From the IMG/VR virus record IMGVR_UViG_3300025418_000011: DNA of 64,000 nucleotides; one strand, written 5' to 3'. The notes under the pieces are model-generated. The model had not been told where the DNA came from. It worked only from the letters and a program-made list of their open reading frames with translations, and searched no databases. The first letter of the stretch is position 1; each line of letters begins with the position of its first letter. Positions 1-9,147 of the stretch are shown piece after piece. The position numbers and the translations under genes were made by a program. The DNA is from a virus.

Positions 1-10
1 GCCCCTCCCC

Positions 11-58
11 TACCCCCCTGGGGTGTTATGGCATAGATACTGGTATAGTATTATGAAG
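11..58 (+). promoter_or_regulatory. Putative phage-specific bipartite early promoter, copy 1 (TACCCCCC ... GGTATAGTATTATGAAG)
   Basis: The same two boxes occur at 30-31 nt spacing at 13478-13522 and 21698-21744. Each copy lies upstream of a + strand cassette and contains a TATAGT/TATAAT -10-like hexamer. Confidence 0.7.
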
Positions 59-140
59 CAGAGAAAGTATGCCCTTCTGATAAGAACGGGAATTACATAT
101 TTTATCTGTTTCAAACCCTAAAACCAAACAAACTCAGAAA

Positions 141-332
141 ATGAACAAGATCGTAATCGCAGGAATCGGATTCGGAGCCACCGTTGTTGGATACGCTGTG
201 GGAAGCATCTTCGGAAAGAAGGTGAACACCAAGGTGTCTAACACGGCAAAGCATGGCGCAGAGAAGATCAAGAACGTCTTCAAGCGCAAGGGTGAAAACC
301 CTGGCACAGAAGAGGCTACTGCAGCTGCCTAA
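141..332 (+). CDS. Small membrane-anchored protein (N-terminal hydrophobic helix, basic tail; YtxH-like layout)
   Basis: 63 aa; IVIAGIGFGATVVGYAVGSIFG hydrophobic stretch; sits between a promoter motif and a terminator. Confidence 0.7.
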   Translation: MNKIVIAGIGFGATVVGYAVGSIFGKKVNTKVSNTAKHGAEKIKNVFKRKGENPGTEEATAAA

Positions 333-348
333 TATTGGTACAGGGAAT

Positions 349-388
349 GCTCCTACTTCCTCCGGGAAGTAGGAGCTACCCTTTTATT
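349..388 (+). terminator. Intrinsic terminator
   Basis: Perfect 12-bp stem GCTCCTACTTCC/GGAAGTAGGAGC with a c(UCCG)g tetraloop, followed by a T-rich tract. Confidence 0.8.
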
Positions 389-398
389 TATCTATCGT

Positions 399-638
399 AT
401 GAAAAATCCATGTTCTAGATGCGGTAAAGAAATGACGCTGAGGGTAAAGAAGTATGTTTGCAACTTCAAATGTGAGGCGGTAAAAAGCCAAATCAAGAAA
501 TCAGAAGAAGAACATACTCAAATACGATTAGGAAGTAGGAGTAGGTTCTTTATTGATCCCAGAATAGAATTCCAAGAAATCTATATGGTTAAAGCCGTTG
601 CGGAGAAGTATTGGGACTCTGCCTGGAATGGAAGATAA
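399..638 (+). CDS. Hypothetical protein, possible Zn-ribbon
   Basis: 79 aa with CSRC ... CNFKC. Confidence 0.6.
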   Translation: MKNPCSRCGKEMTLRVKKYVCNFKCEAVKSQIKKSEEEHTQIRLGSRSRFFIDPRIEFQEIYMVKAVAEKYWDSAWNGR

Positions 639-643
639 AAGAG

Positions 644-691
644 AGCTGGAGCTAACCCCTCCAGCTTTTCTTCTTTTTTTTAGCTATCTGC
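644..691 (+). terminator. Intrinsic terminator with GCTAAC loop and TTTTTTTAGCTATCTGC tail
   Basis: Stem AGCTGGAG/CTCCAGCT, T-run 674-681; the 17-nt tail is identical to 14300-14316. Confidence 0.8.
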
Positions 692-712
692 TCACATATA
701 ATCTAATTACTT

Positions 713-3331
713 ATGGACGTAGAAGCCTTTCCAAGATACAACAATCTAGAGTCTGCAACAGGTTATACTTTTTTTAAACCTGGAAAAGCAGAACCAAGCT
801 GGCTTAAAAGAGTAATCAGTCCAGAGAACTTGAATTTAACCGTAGATAATGCAATCAGAACACTGTTTCCCAATATGCCGCTTGATCAGAATTATATAAA
901 AGAACATGGAATATATGACACAATGGAAAATGTTGGCAGGGGAATGCGTGCAGGTGCAACATTAGACATTGGAAATCTTGAGAGAGGAAGACCTATGATA
1001 CTTAACTCAGCCACAATAGGAATGGAAGATCCACACAGATTTAATAAAAATGACTTCTTGGAAAGAATGCTCAAAAGTGGTTCTGAAGAGTCTGATAGGT
1101 TAAAAGATGAAATTAAAAGGTTAATAAATAAGAAAGCTGAACAAAACAGCCATAAAATGTCTATGTTATCTGATGAATTTAAAAAAACAGCCGTAAAAAA
1201 TAAAAATATTAAGCAGGCTTTTCTTAGTCCCGCCCTAATGAACACAGCTATGGGAGCTGGTGGTCTTGTTGATTTAGGAGAAATAGGAGGGGGATTATAC
1301 AACAGAAACATTGGACAAGCTTTTCATGGTGTGGGTAGTCTTGCCAATACACTTGGAAATACTCCATTTGTGGCTAGCTCTTTAGCTAAAACTCCTGGTG
1401 CTTTGGGTAAATTAAATGCATTCGGTGCTCCTTTTGCTGCTTATGATGCTTTAGGTAATATTAAAAATTTTGGTAAAGACTGGACAGAAGGTAATCTTGG
1501 TGGAGTTGTTGGAGACACAGCTATGGGAGGCATTAACACGGCTATGGCTATTAATGGTGCCAGACAAGGTATGAATACATACAGAAGTATTGCTCAAAAT
1601 CCTGTTGTACAGAATGGATTAAGGTCAGGATTTAATATAGCCAGAAATGGTTTAAATGCTGTGGGTAGAGATGCCGGCACTATATTTAATACACTAGCCG
1701 AACAATCTGCCCCTAGGTATAACCAACTCATTCAAAATGCTCCTAATGTTATTAACAATATCAGAGAAGGTGCTGGAAATTTACTTAGAAGTGGCCAAAA
1801 CATAGCAAACAGAGCGATGGCAAACGCTCCTCAGATTGCAGGCAGAGTTTCAGAAAACATAGGAAACATATCCAGAGCAACTAGCCCTACTCTTCAAAGA
1901 TTAGCTCCAGCGGCATTCAAGGGTTTAAGTTTAGGTGTTAAAGCTCTCCCGTTAGCAGGAGATATAATGCAGGGATACAGAGCTGGATATACAGACGGAA
2001 ATCATTCTTTTGGTAGGGCCATAGCTGGTGGTATTGGTTCATTAACAGGAAGAATAGGCGGCGGAGCTGCTGGTACATTTGTGGCTCCAGGTGTGGGTAC
2101 TGCTATTGGTGAAATAGCGGGAAGTGAGGCCGGTGAAAGAGGAGGAGCGGCATTATACGATAAAGTATTCGGGGGGAATAAACAGGCTCCTGCCGCAGCT
2201 CCTGGTCAACCTGTTCAGGCCAATAACAACCCTGTGAATATAAAACCTCAAGCACAAGGACCTGAAATTCCTGAAGTAGGAGCAACAACAGCCACCTCTC
2301 CAGCTATGAGTGAATATGCCGCAGGAACTAATCCAGAAAGTGTTGCAGCTAACAAGGGAATAGCTGATAACCGAAATAGGATGTTGAATGATCCTGAGTA
2401 TAAGGCAGATATGGCCAAGGGGGGATTACGGGCAGATATGGCTAGAGATAGATGGGAAACCAAAGATATAGGAAGACAGTTAAACCCTACAGGAGCACCA
2501 GGAACATATTCAGGAACCATAGAAAACGGTAAGTTAATTAATACCACAGAGCAAAATAACTCTATACCTCCTTTAGGTCAGCCTAATAATAATCCGGCTA
2601 CCCCTCCAACTCCTCAACCACAACAGCCTAAAACAGAAGCTTTAGACTCTGATGCGTTACTAAAGACAAGTGGTGAACCTGTGACTGTTCCTCCAGCTAT
2701 AGAAGCTGTGAAGCCTATGGAGCATATTCCTCGCCCAGAGAACAACGAGGGATTAAAAACATTAAATTCTTTTGATAACCTTGCGATGAAGAAAGAAACG
2801 GCAGACAATAACAGAGCTTATCTTCAAAGAGTCACAGAAGACAGAAAGGCTAGTGGTTTAGGGGCTAACCCGTTCATAGGTAGAATCACCGGAGTAGAGC
2901 AGAGGTCTGGAGATACTGTGGCAAAATATACACCTAGTCCCGAGGCTGTGGTAACAGATCAAAATGAAATATTAGAAAGAGCTAACCCGTTAAATCAGTC
3001 CAAGTTAGATCAAGTTAATATGTTAAACGATGGTGGAGGTTCTGGATATAATGTAAAACAAACAGGATCTAACTCCACAGTATTAACAGGTCCAGATGGT
3101 AAAGTACACGGCACAATGACAGTTAATCCTGTTAAAGCAACTAACTCTTTAGGTAAGGCGAGTAGTTTAAAAAGAAGAAATACAGGGTTAGGAGATTGGG
3201 TTAACCCTAAAGATTTTGAATATCTAACCAAGAGTGCTCTTTTTATAGGATTAACTCCTGAGGAATATGTTGCACTCCCGCTAAGCTCTAATGTGGAAAC
3301 TATAAATCAATTTTTCTTTCCACAGGGCTAG
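713..3331 (+). CDS. Large Gly/Ala-rich putative virion-internal/ejection protein
   Basis: 872 aa; GxxxG-rich hydrophobic segments, Pro/Gln-rich linkers, K-x-A motifs (FKKTAV, LTKSAL). Function is inferred. Confidence 0.55.
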   Translation: MDVEAFPRYNNLESATGYTFFKPGKAEPSWLKRVISPENLNLTVDNAIRTLFPNMPLDQNYIKEHGIYDTMENVGRGMRAGATLDIGNLERGRPMILNSATIGMEDPHRFNKNDFLERMLKSGSEESDRLKDEIKRLINKKAEQNSHKMSMLSDEFKKTAVKNKNIKQAFLSPALMNTAMGAGGLVDLGEIGGGLYNRNIGQAFHGVGSLANTLGNTPFVASSLAKTPGALGKLNAFGAPFAAYDALGNIKNFGKDWTEGNLGGVVGDTAMGGINTAMAINGARQGMNTYRSIAQNPVVQNGLRSGFNIARNGLNAVGRDAGTIFNTLAEQSAPRYNQLIQNAPNVINNIREGAGNLLRSGQNIANRAMANAPQIAGRVSENIGNISRATSPTLQRLAPAAFKGLSLGVKALPLAGDIMQGYRAGYTDGNHSFGRAIAGGIGSLTGRIGGGAAGTFVAPGVGTAIGEIAGSEAGERGGAALYDKVFGGNKQAPAAAPGQPVQANNNPVNIKPQAQGPEIPEVGATTATSPAMSEYAAGTNPESVAANKGIADNRNRMLNDPEYKADMAKGGLRADMARDRWETKDIGRQLNPTGAPGTYSGTIENGKLINTTEQNNSIPPLGQPNNNPATPPTPQPQQPKTEALDSDALLKTSGEPVTVPPAIEAVKPMEHIPRPENNEGLKTLNSFDNLAMKKETADNNRAYLQRVTEDRKASGLGANPFIGRITGVEQRSGDTVAKYTPSPEAVVTDQNEILERANPLNQSKLDQVNMLNDGGGSGYNVKQTGSNSTVLTGPDGKVHGTMTVNPVKATNSLGKASSLKRRNTGLGDWVNPKDFEYLTKSALFIGLTPEEYVALPLSSNVETINQFFFPQG

Positions 3332-3334
3332 TAT

Positions 3335-3889
3335 ATGTTTGGCCAAGACGAAAGAGTAAAAGTTGACATCGCCCATGCAGAATTAGTGGGCGCATTGGTC
3401 AAAAGCTTGAAACCAGAAAATATTTTAGAGTTCGGTATAGGTGGAGGAAGAACAACCGACGAAATAATTTCAGCAATAAATTATAATAAAAACAATCCTA
3501 GATATACATTAGTAGATAATTGGCTGGATTTTGGTTTTAAAATACCTAAAGAAGTGTTAGATAAATATTCTGGAAAAATTAATATAATATCCGCCAACGA
3601 AAGAGATTTTGTATTTTCTACACAAGATAAATTTGATTTTATATTTTCTGACGCAGATCATAACAGCACAGATCAATGGTTTGAGTATGTTTACGACAAT
3701 CTTTTGAATGACCAAGGGGTACTTATTTATCACGATATAAATATATTTCCAGAACTTAACCAAGAATTTCCAAATTTAGTAAGTATTTTAGAAAAAGCAA
3801 AAACTAGAAATTTAAAATATAGATTATTTAATAAATCTAGTTTAGCCGAGGAAAGATGTTATAGAGGGTTACTAGTAATATTTAAATAA
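3335..3889 (+). CDS. Class I SAM-dependent methyltransferase (Methyltransf_24-like)
   Basis: Motif I ILEFGIGGG; FDFIFSDADH; LIYHD. Confidence 0.8.
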   Translation: MFGQDERVKVDIAHAELVGALVKSLKPENILEFGIGGGRTTDEIISAINYNKNNPRYTLVDNWLDFGFKIPKEVLDKYSGKINIISANERDFVFSTQDKFDFIFSDADHNSTDQWFEYVYDNLLNDQGVLIYHDINIFPELNQEFPNLVSILEKAKTRNLKYRLFNKSSLAEERCYRGLLVIFK

Positions 3890-3946
3890 GATCAAAGTTT
3901 AATCAATTTTTCTTTCCAGAGGGTTAAAAAAAGGATATAAACAACT

Positions 3947-5353
3947 ATGGCTAACGTTATTTCAGGATTATACAGCAACATTCCTAGCCCTGCGGCTAAC
4001 ACAGGAATATATTACTATGCCACGGATACAGGTGTTTATTGGTTAGCTGATGGTGATAAATGGATTCAAAGTACCCCTGATCTAGACACCTCCGGTACTC
4101 CTGTTAGTTATGATGGAGGATTGGCTGTACACGTAGTAAACGCTAATACCATACCTGTGGGGTATCCCCCTACTCAATTAGATGCTTTTGGTAGATTGAG
4201 AATCTCTACTCCGTACACAATGTTTGATTCTTCTTACAGATACAAAGACAATGGTTTATGGAGCACACTAACTGCCTCTAATGGTGCGGCTACCTTTAAT
4301 GCTAACCAAGGGCTTGTGGATCTAACTGTGGATAGTTCTTCGGGCTCTTCTGTTATCAGAGAAACAACAAAGGTCTTTTCCTATCAGCCTGGTAAATCAT
4401 TGTTGGTTTTAAATACATTTGTAATGGCTCCTAAAGCCACAAACCTGAGACAAAGAGTAGGTTATTTTGGTGCAAATAACGGGTATTACTTTCAGCAAGA
4501 CGACAGCACGGTAAGCTTTGTAGAGAGAACCTCTGTATCTGGTTCTTTGGTTGAAAATATAATAACACAGGCTCAGTGGAACGGAGATAAGTTAGACGGC
4601 ACAGGAGCTTCTGGGTTAATTTTAGATACCACAAAAGCCCAGATCATGTGGATGGATTTAGAGTGGTTGGGTGTTGGTACGGTCAGAGTTGGCTTTGTGA
4701 TTAATGGAAAATTCATAGTTTGCCATAGTTTTAACCATGCCAACCTGATAGCCACCACATATATAACCACAGCTAGCTTGCCTTTGAGATACGAAATCAC
4801 TAACAAAGCCGCCACATCAGGGTCTAGCACACTGAAGCAAATATGCTCTACAGTGAGCTCTGAGGGCGGCTATGAATTAAGAGGGCTACAGCAGTCTATT
4901 TGCACCCCTATCACAACCGCTAAAACATTAACCACAGCGGGAACATATTATCCCGCGGTATCTATACGCCTCAAATCGACTTTTCCTGACGCTATTGCTA
5001 TTATTTCAGCAATAAGCATTATAGGAAAAACATCAGCTTACTATAATTGGCAGTTGGTAGCCTCAGGAACTACCACAGGGGGAACTTGGACAAGTGCAGG
5101 CACTAACTCGTGTGTAGAGTATAATTTAGGAGGAACCTCTTTTACCGGGGGTAGGATATTGGGTAGTGGTTATTTTGGAACTACCACACAATCAAGAATA
5201 TCTGTGGATATATTAAAAGATGCATTATTTTCTAACCAATTAGAAAGAGATGGTTTGAATGGTGTTTATTATGAAATAACATTAATCATAGCCGCAGACA
5301 CAAATTCTAGTAATGTTTATGGCTCTTTAGATTGGGAAGAAATTAGCAGATAG
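3947..5353 (+). CDS. Putative tail/virion structural protein
   Basis: 468 aa, Thr/Ser/Gly-rich beta-type composition. DAFGRLRISTP motif recalled from phage structural proteins. N-terminal module is shared with 5418..5894. Confidence 0.6.
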   Translation: MANVISGLYSNIPSPAANTGIYYYATDTGVYWLADGDKWIQSTPDLDTSGTPVSYDGGLAVHVVNANTIPVGYPPTQLDAFGRLRISTPYTMFDSSYRYKDNGLWSTLTASNGAATFNANQGLVDLTVDSSSGSSVIRETTKVFSYQPGKSLLVLNTFVMAPKATNLRQRVGYFGANNGYYFQQDDSTVSFVERTSVSGSLVENIITQAQWNGDKLDGTGASGLILDTTKAQIMWMDLEWLGVGTVRVGFVINGKFIVCHSFNHANLIATTYITTASLPLRYEITNKAATSGSSTLKQICSTVSSEGGYELRGLQQSICTPITTAKTLTTAGTYYPAVSIRLKSTFPDAIAIISAISIIGKTSAYYNWQLVASGTTTGGTWTSAGTNSCVEYNLGGTSFTGGRILGSGYFGTTTQSRISVDILKDALFSNQLERDGLNGVYYEITLIIAADTNSSNVYGSLDWEEISR

Positions 5354-5366
5354 TTTTAACGTTGGC

Positions 5367-5395
5367 TTGCGATAGTTTCTGTTAACAGTTATTAT
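5367..5395 (+). promoter_or_regulatory. sigma70-like promoter
   Basis: TTGCGA-17 nt-TATTAT upstream of 5418. Confidence 0.5.
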
Positions 5396-5417
5396 TGGAT
5401 AATACTGTTTAAAAGCT

Positions 5418-5894
5418 ATGGCAAAAATTATTCAAGATATCTATTCAAATATAGGCAATTACAACCCTATCTCCAACACAGGAAACTATTTCTACGGTAC
5501 AGACACCAAGAACTATTATATTGCTGATGGTGCTCAATGGTTACTGAGCACTCCTTCTCCAGAGGATCTTGCGGTTCTATACTTTGCCACTAGTGGAAGT
5601 GGTGGTGGCTCTGGTGGCGGATCTCTCCCGGCATTAGGTAGTTCCTTATATTCGGGACAAATAACTGCAGGGACCACTGCGCAGGCCCTTCCATCACAAG
5701 CACTTACAAATGGAGCTGTTGTGACTAATTTAACAAATAATCCTTTATACGTAGGGGGATCTGGAGTCACCACAAGTACAGGTTTTCAGCTCGCTGCGAA
5801 TTCTTCCGTTAGCTTAGCTGTGAGTAATGCAAGCGTGATAAACTTTATCAGTCCTTCAGGTACAACAGGCAAAATAGCCTACATTGCATACTAA
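5418..5894 (+). CDS. Putative tail fibre accessory protein
   Basis: N-terminal G-x-Y-[FY]-Y-x-TDT-x-x-Y-x-x-ADG-x-x-W module, a Gly linker, and a small beta-sandwich-like C-terminal domain. Confidence 0.6.
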   Translation: MAKIIQDIYSNIGNYNPISNTGNYFYGTDTKNYYIADGAQWLLSTPSPEDLAVLYFATSGSGGGSGGGSLPALGSSLYSGQITAGTTAQALPSQALTNGAVVTNLTNNPLYVGGSGVTTSTGFQLAANSSVSLAVSNASVINFISPSGTTGKIAYIAY

Positions 5895-5895
5895 T

Positions 5896-6804
5896 ATGGG
5901 AGCACCACAAGTATCTGGACAAACATTTGACCAATCACTCAATAAGAGTGATCAGGTGTTATTTACATCTATTGCTTTACAGGACCATGTACAGATAAAC
6001 GCAGTAAGATTATCTTTCGGTGACGGATACAAAGGAATTCAGGGATTACTTCTTGAAGAATCTAACTATGATCTTTGTGACGTAGGCTTGAGTACAAACA
6101 CAGGGATAACCTATAGTCTCAGATTAGAAAACAGAGAACAATATACTTACGCACAAGCTAATTTAGGTACAGGCGAGTTTCAAATAACCTATCTTCCTAA
6201 TGCTAACACAGCTCTGCCTATTGCTGTATTTGGAAATAATAGAATAGGTTTAGGTTATAGCGGACAAGATGTAACTTTTGGACTTAACACAGTGTCCAGA
6301 ATTAACATGGATGGATCTGCTTCTTTTGCTCAAGGAGCCGCGGGATTTGACTCGTCAGGAAATATATTTGCAAATAACTTTAATGGAACTTATGTAGGGT
6401 TATTTCAAAGTCTGGCTTATGATGGTGGAAACGGATCAGGTACACAGATAGATAATTATGGAAACTTTCAATTTGGTTCTGGTTTTTCTTCCGGAAATGA
6501 ATGGGATGTTTATGGCGCTACTTGGACGGGCTTTAGAATATCTGGATTTCGTTCCACGGCAGATCAATCTGCGGCTCTTGTGGTAAATCCATTTATAGGT
6601 AATGGGGCTGCGTTTACATCTAATAATGTATTAGACGACGGAAGTGGAAATGCTACTCTCGCCGGATCTGCTTCTTTTGCAGGAGGAGCCGCTGGTTTTG
6701 ACTCTTTGGGTAATTTACATGCCACAAACTTCACAGGAGGTGGAGGAGGCGGTAACTCTGTTACATTATCTAAATCAATCGCATTATCTATTGCACTGAG
6801 CTAA
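5896..6804 (+). CDS. Putative tail fibre protein
   Basis: ATG at 5896 preferred over TTG at 5884. Internal repeat ASFA[QG]GAAGFDS[SL]GN occurs twice. C-terminal SKSIALSIALS motif is typical of phage fibre ends. Confidence 0.6.
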   Translation: MGAPQVSGQTFDQSLNKSDQVLFTSIALQDHVQINAVRLSFGDGYKGIQGLLLEESNYDLCDVGLSTNTGITYSLRLENREQYTYAQANLGTGEFQITYLPNANTALPIAVFGNNRIGLGYSGQDVTFGLNTVSRINMDGSASFAQGAAGFDSSGNIFANNFNGTYVGLFQSLAYDGGNGSGTQIDNYGNFQFGSGFSSGNEWDVYGATWTGFRISGFRSTADQSAALVVNPFIGNGAAFTSNNVLDDGSGNATLAGSASFAGGAAGFDSLGNLHATNFTGGGGGGNSVTLSKSIALSIALS

Positions 6805-6826
6805 TCAAAAATATATTATACAAAAA

Positions 6827-7363
6827 ATGAAAACTTTAGTACCTAATTACACACTTTCTGGAAATACTGTTACTCTCGGCGGAGTAAACACCCCGCAAGA
6901 TCATTTACTTTTTATCAGCGACGCAACCACGGGGCAGCTCTTATATAGCCCCGCCGGACCCACGCTTGCAGGTTATTCTACAGTTAGTGGAGGAAACTCA
7001 GTAGCCACACTTTCTTCTACTCCTAATAGCGGAGATTTATTAACTATTTATTATGACAATGGATCTAGCCAATCCACAGTAAACATAGGAGCTTCCACAC
7101 AGTCTAGTACTTCTACATTTACATCTACATCTAGCGCATCTATTCTTTCTTCTAACGCAGCTAGAAAAGGCGCTATTCTTTCCTCTCCGGCAACTAACAC
7201 AGGTATCTGTTATGTCACAGTAGGAACCTCAACAACATCTAGCACAGCATTCTCATTTTTTATAAACCCAGGAGATGTTATTTCTTTGAATAGTATAAAT
7301 AATGCACTCACAGGAATTTGGAGCTCTTCTGGAAACACACTTTATGTAACAGAGCTATCTTGA
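6827..7363 (+). CDS. Putative tail-associated protein
   Basis: 178 aa, Ser/Thr-rich; two small beta domains; in the fibre operon. Confidence 0.55.
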   Translation: MKTLVPNYTLSGNTVTLGGVNTPQDHLLFISDATTGQLLYSPAGPTLAGYSTVSGGNSVATLSSTPNSGDLLTIYYDNGSSQSTVNIGASTQSSTSTFTSTSSASILSSNAARKGAILSSPATNTGICYVTVGTSTTSSTAFSFFINPGDVISLNSINNALTGIWSSSGNTLYVTELS

Positions 7364-7364
7364 T

Positions 7365-8618
7365 ATGGCAAATACTTCTTCTATTATCTCTGCTGGAGGA
7401 GCTCCAGCTATACGTAAGTTTAACTCCAATAGCAACACCAACTCATGGGTAAGACCTGCAGATTGGTTAAGCTTACCTGTTTTACAGAGCACAGATAATA
7501 AATTTGTAGGACTATTTGCAGTAACAAACGATGCGTCTAACCTCGTTGCTTTAACTTGCACGGTTAGTTCTGGAAGCTACACAGTAGACTGGGGCGATGG
7601 ATCCTCTCCTCAGACATATACTTCAGGAACAAATGCGTCGTACCAATATACTTATTCTAGTGTTAATAGCTCCGTTACTTCTACCGGATGGAAACAAGTT
7701 ATCGTTAAAGTATATCCAACAACCTCAGGAAGCACACTAAATACATTTTCTCTGCAAGTATTACCCAGCGGCTATGTAGGTAGTTCAACTTCAGTAAATT
7801 GGGTAGATATTGCTATTGCGGGACAGTCTTTAACTTCTGTTTTATTCGCCACAACCGCCGCAGGATCTTCTAGTTTTAATGTTTCCTTGAGTTTACTAAG
7901 GCAAATAACTATTTATTCTTTATCTTCGACTTACGCAAGCCTTTCGTATTTTTGCTATGGACTAAGTACATTAAAATCTTTCATATTCTATAGCCCATCG
8001 AGTAGTTGTACAGACTTTAGCTACATGTTTTATAATTGCTTTGAATTAGTAAATTTGAATAAATTTGATACCTCGGCTGGAATTAATTTATCATATATGT
8101 TTACCAGCTGTTATTTACTAAATTCTATTCCTCTATTCAATACGGCAAGTGCGACAAATATGACTTATATGTTTTATACTTGCTATAGTTTAACATCACT
8201 ACCTTTATTAAACACTGCAAATGTAACTAATTTTGTAAACTTTTTAGGTAGTTGTTATTCATTAACTACTATCCCTTCTTTAAATACATCTAGTGGAACA
8301 AGCTTTAGCAGTATGTTTATTAATTGTCGCTCATTGACTTCTGCCCCTTCTTTAAATACAGCTAACGGAACAGGTTTTGGTAGTACTTTTTATGGTTGTG
8401 GCTCGTTGAGTTCTGCGGCGCTATCTGGAACACGCTATTCAATAGGTTATAACACAGCTCCTAAGTTGGCGAGAAACGAATTAGTTGCTATTTTTAATGG
8501 CCTAGGCACAGCTGCAGGCGCACAAACAATAAATATCACAAATTGCTATGGAGCATCTTCTCTTTCTTCAGGAGACAGGGCAATTGCAACAGGTAAGGGT
8601 TGGACTATAACTGGTTAA
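7365..8618 (+). CDS. BspA/DUF285-like leucine-rich-repeat receptor-binding protein
   Basis: N-terminal WVRPADWLSLP, then about five 22-aa repeats of the type NT...xxxxxMFxxCxSLxxxPx[LF]. Confidence 0.75.
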   Translation: MANTSSIISAGGAPAIRKFNSNSNTNSWVRPADWLSLPVLQSTDNKFVGLFAVTNDASNLVALTCTVSSGSYTVDWGDGSSPQTYTSGTNASYQYTYSSVNSSVTSTGWKQVIVKVYPTTSGSTLNTFSLQVLPSGYVGSSTSVNWVDIAIAGQSLTSVLFATTAAGSSSFNVSLSLLRQITIYSLSSTYASLSYFCYGLSTLKSFIFYSPSSSCTDFSYMFYNCFELVNLNKFDTSAGINLSYMFTSCYLLNSIPLFNTASATNMTYMFYTCYSLTSLPLLNTANVTNFVNFLGSCYSLTTIPSLNTSSGTSFSSMFINCRSLTSAPSLNTANGTGFGSTFYGCGSLSSAALSGTRYSIGYNTAPKLARNELVAIFNGLGTAAGAQTINITNCYGASSLSSGDRAIATGKGWTITG

Positions 8619-8621
8619 ACT

Positions 8622-8816
8622 ATGAGCGACGAAAATACACAAATAACAGGAGCTGGGTTTTATAATTCAGATGGAGTATATGCTCCAAATTTTGTATATG
8701 GTCCTGATTTTGAATTATTAAAAGAATTAAAAGATACATATACATATCCCATAAATGGTTGGATATGGGCAGAAAGCTCAACAGATGCTGAAAAATATTT
8801 CACCCAACCTAGCTAA
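8622..8816 (+). CDS. Small fibre-associated (chaperone-like) protein
   Basis: 64 aa, GFY...APNFVYGPDFEL...YPINGWIW; directly follows the LRR gene. Confidence 0.55.
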   Translation: MSDENTQITGAGFYNSDGVYAPNFVYGPDFELLKELKDTYTYPINGWIWAESSTDAEKYFTQPS

Positions 8817-8827
8817 AATTAATTTGA

Positions 8828-8856
8828 TTGTAAGAACCTCTCTAATATTTTAAGAT
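8828..8856 (+). promoter_or_regulatory. sigma70-like promoter
   Basis: TTGTAA-17 nt-TAAGAT upstream of 8887. Confidence 0.45.
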
Positions 8857-8886
8857 AACATATAATATCAATCCTAAATTAAACCT

Positions 8887-9147
8887 ATGTCCGCAACACC
8901 AGTAACATTAAATCCTATTCAAGCTCCTATTCAGGCGCGTACCCAACTCACTATAGAGCAGGTGGCTGCGTTTCAATCACTTCTTGAATCTTCCGGATTA
9001 ATCAACTTTCCTGCAGGGTATACTGCTCAAAATGTTGCTCAGTTCTTTGTGACTGTAACTCCTTCTGGGCTAGGTAGTCTTGCTGTTACATTAGTCAATA
9101 CCCCTGCCACTGGAGCAACAGGATCTACTGGAGCAACCGGAAACTGA
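8887..9147 (+). CDS. Hypothetical protein, paralog of 16138..16389
   Basis: QLTIEQVAAFQSLLESSGLINFPAG aligns with NLTKDQLQLLIEAIKESNIITLPEG. Confidence 0.65.
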   Translation: MSATPVTLNPIQAPIQARTQLTIEQVAAFQSLLESSGLINFPAGYTAQNVAQFFVTVTPSGLGSLAVTLVNTPATGATGSTGATGN

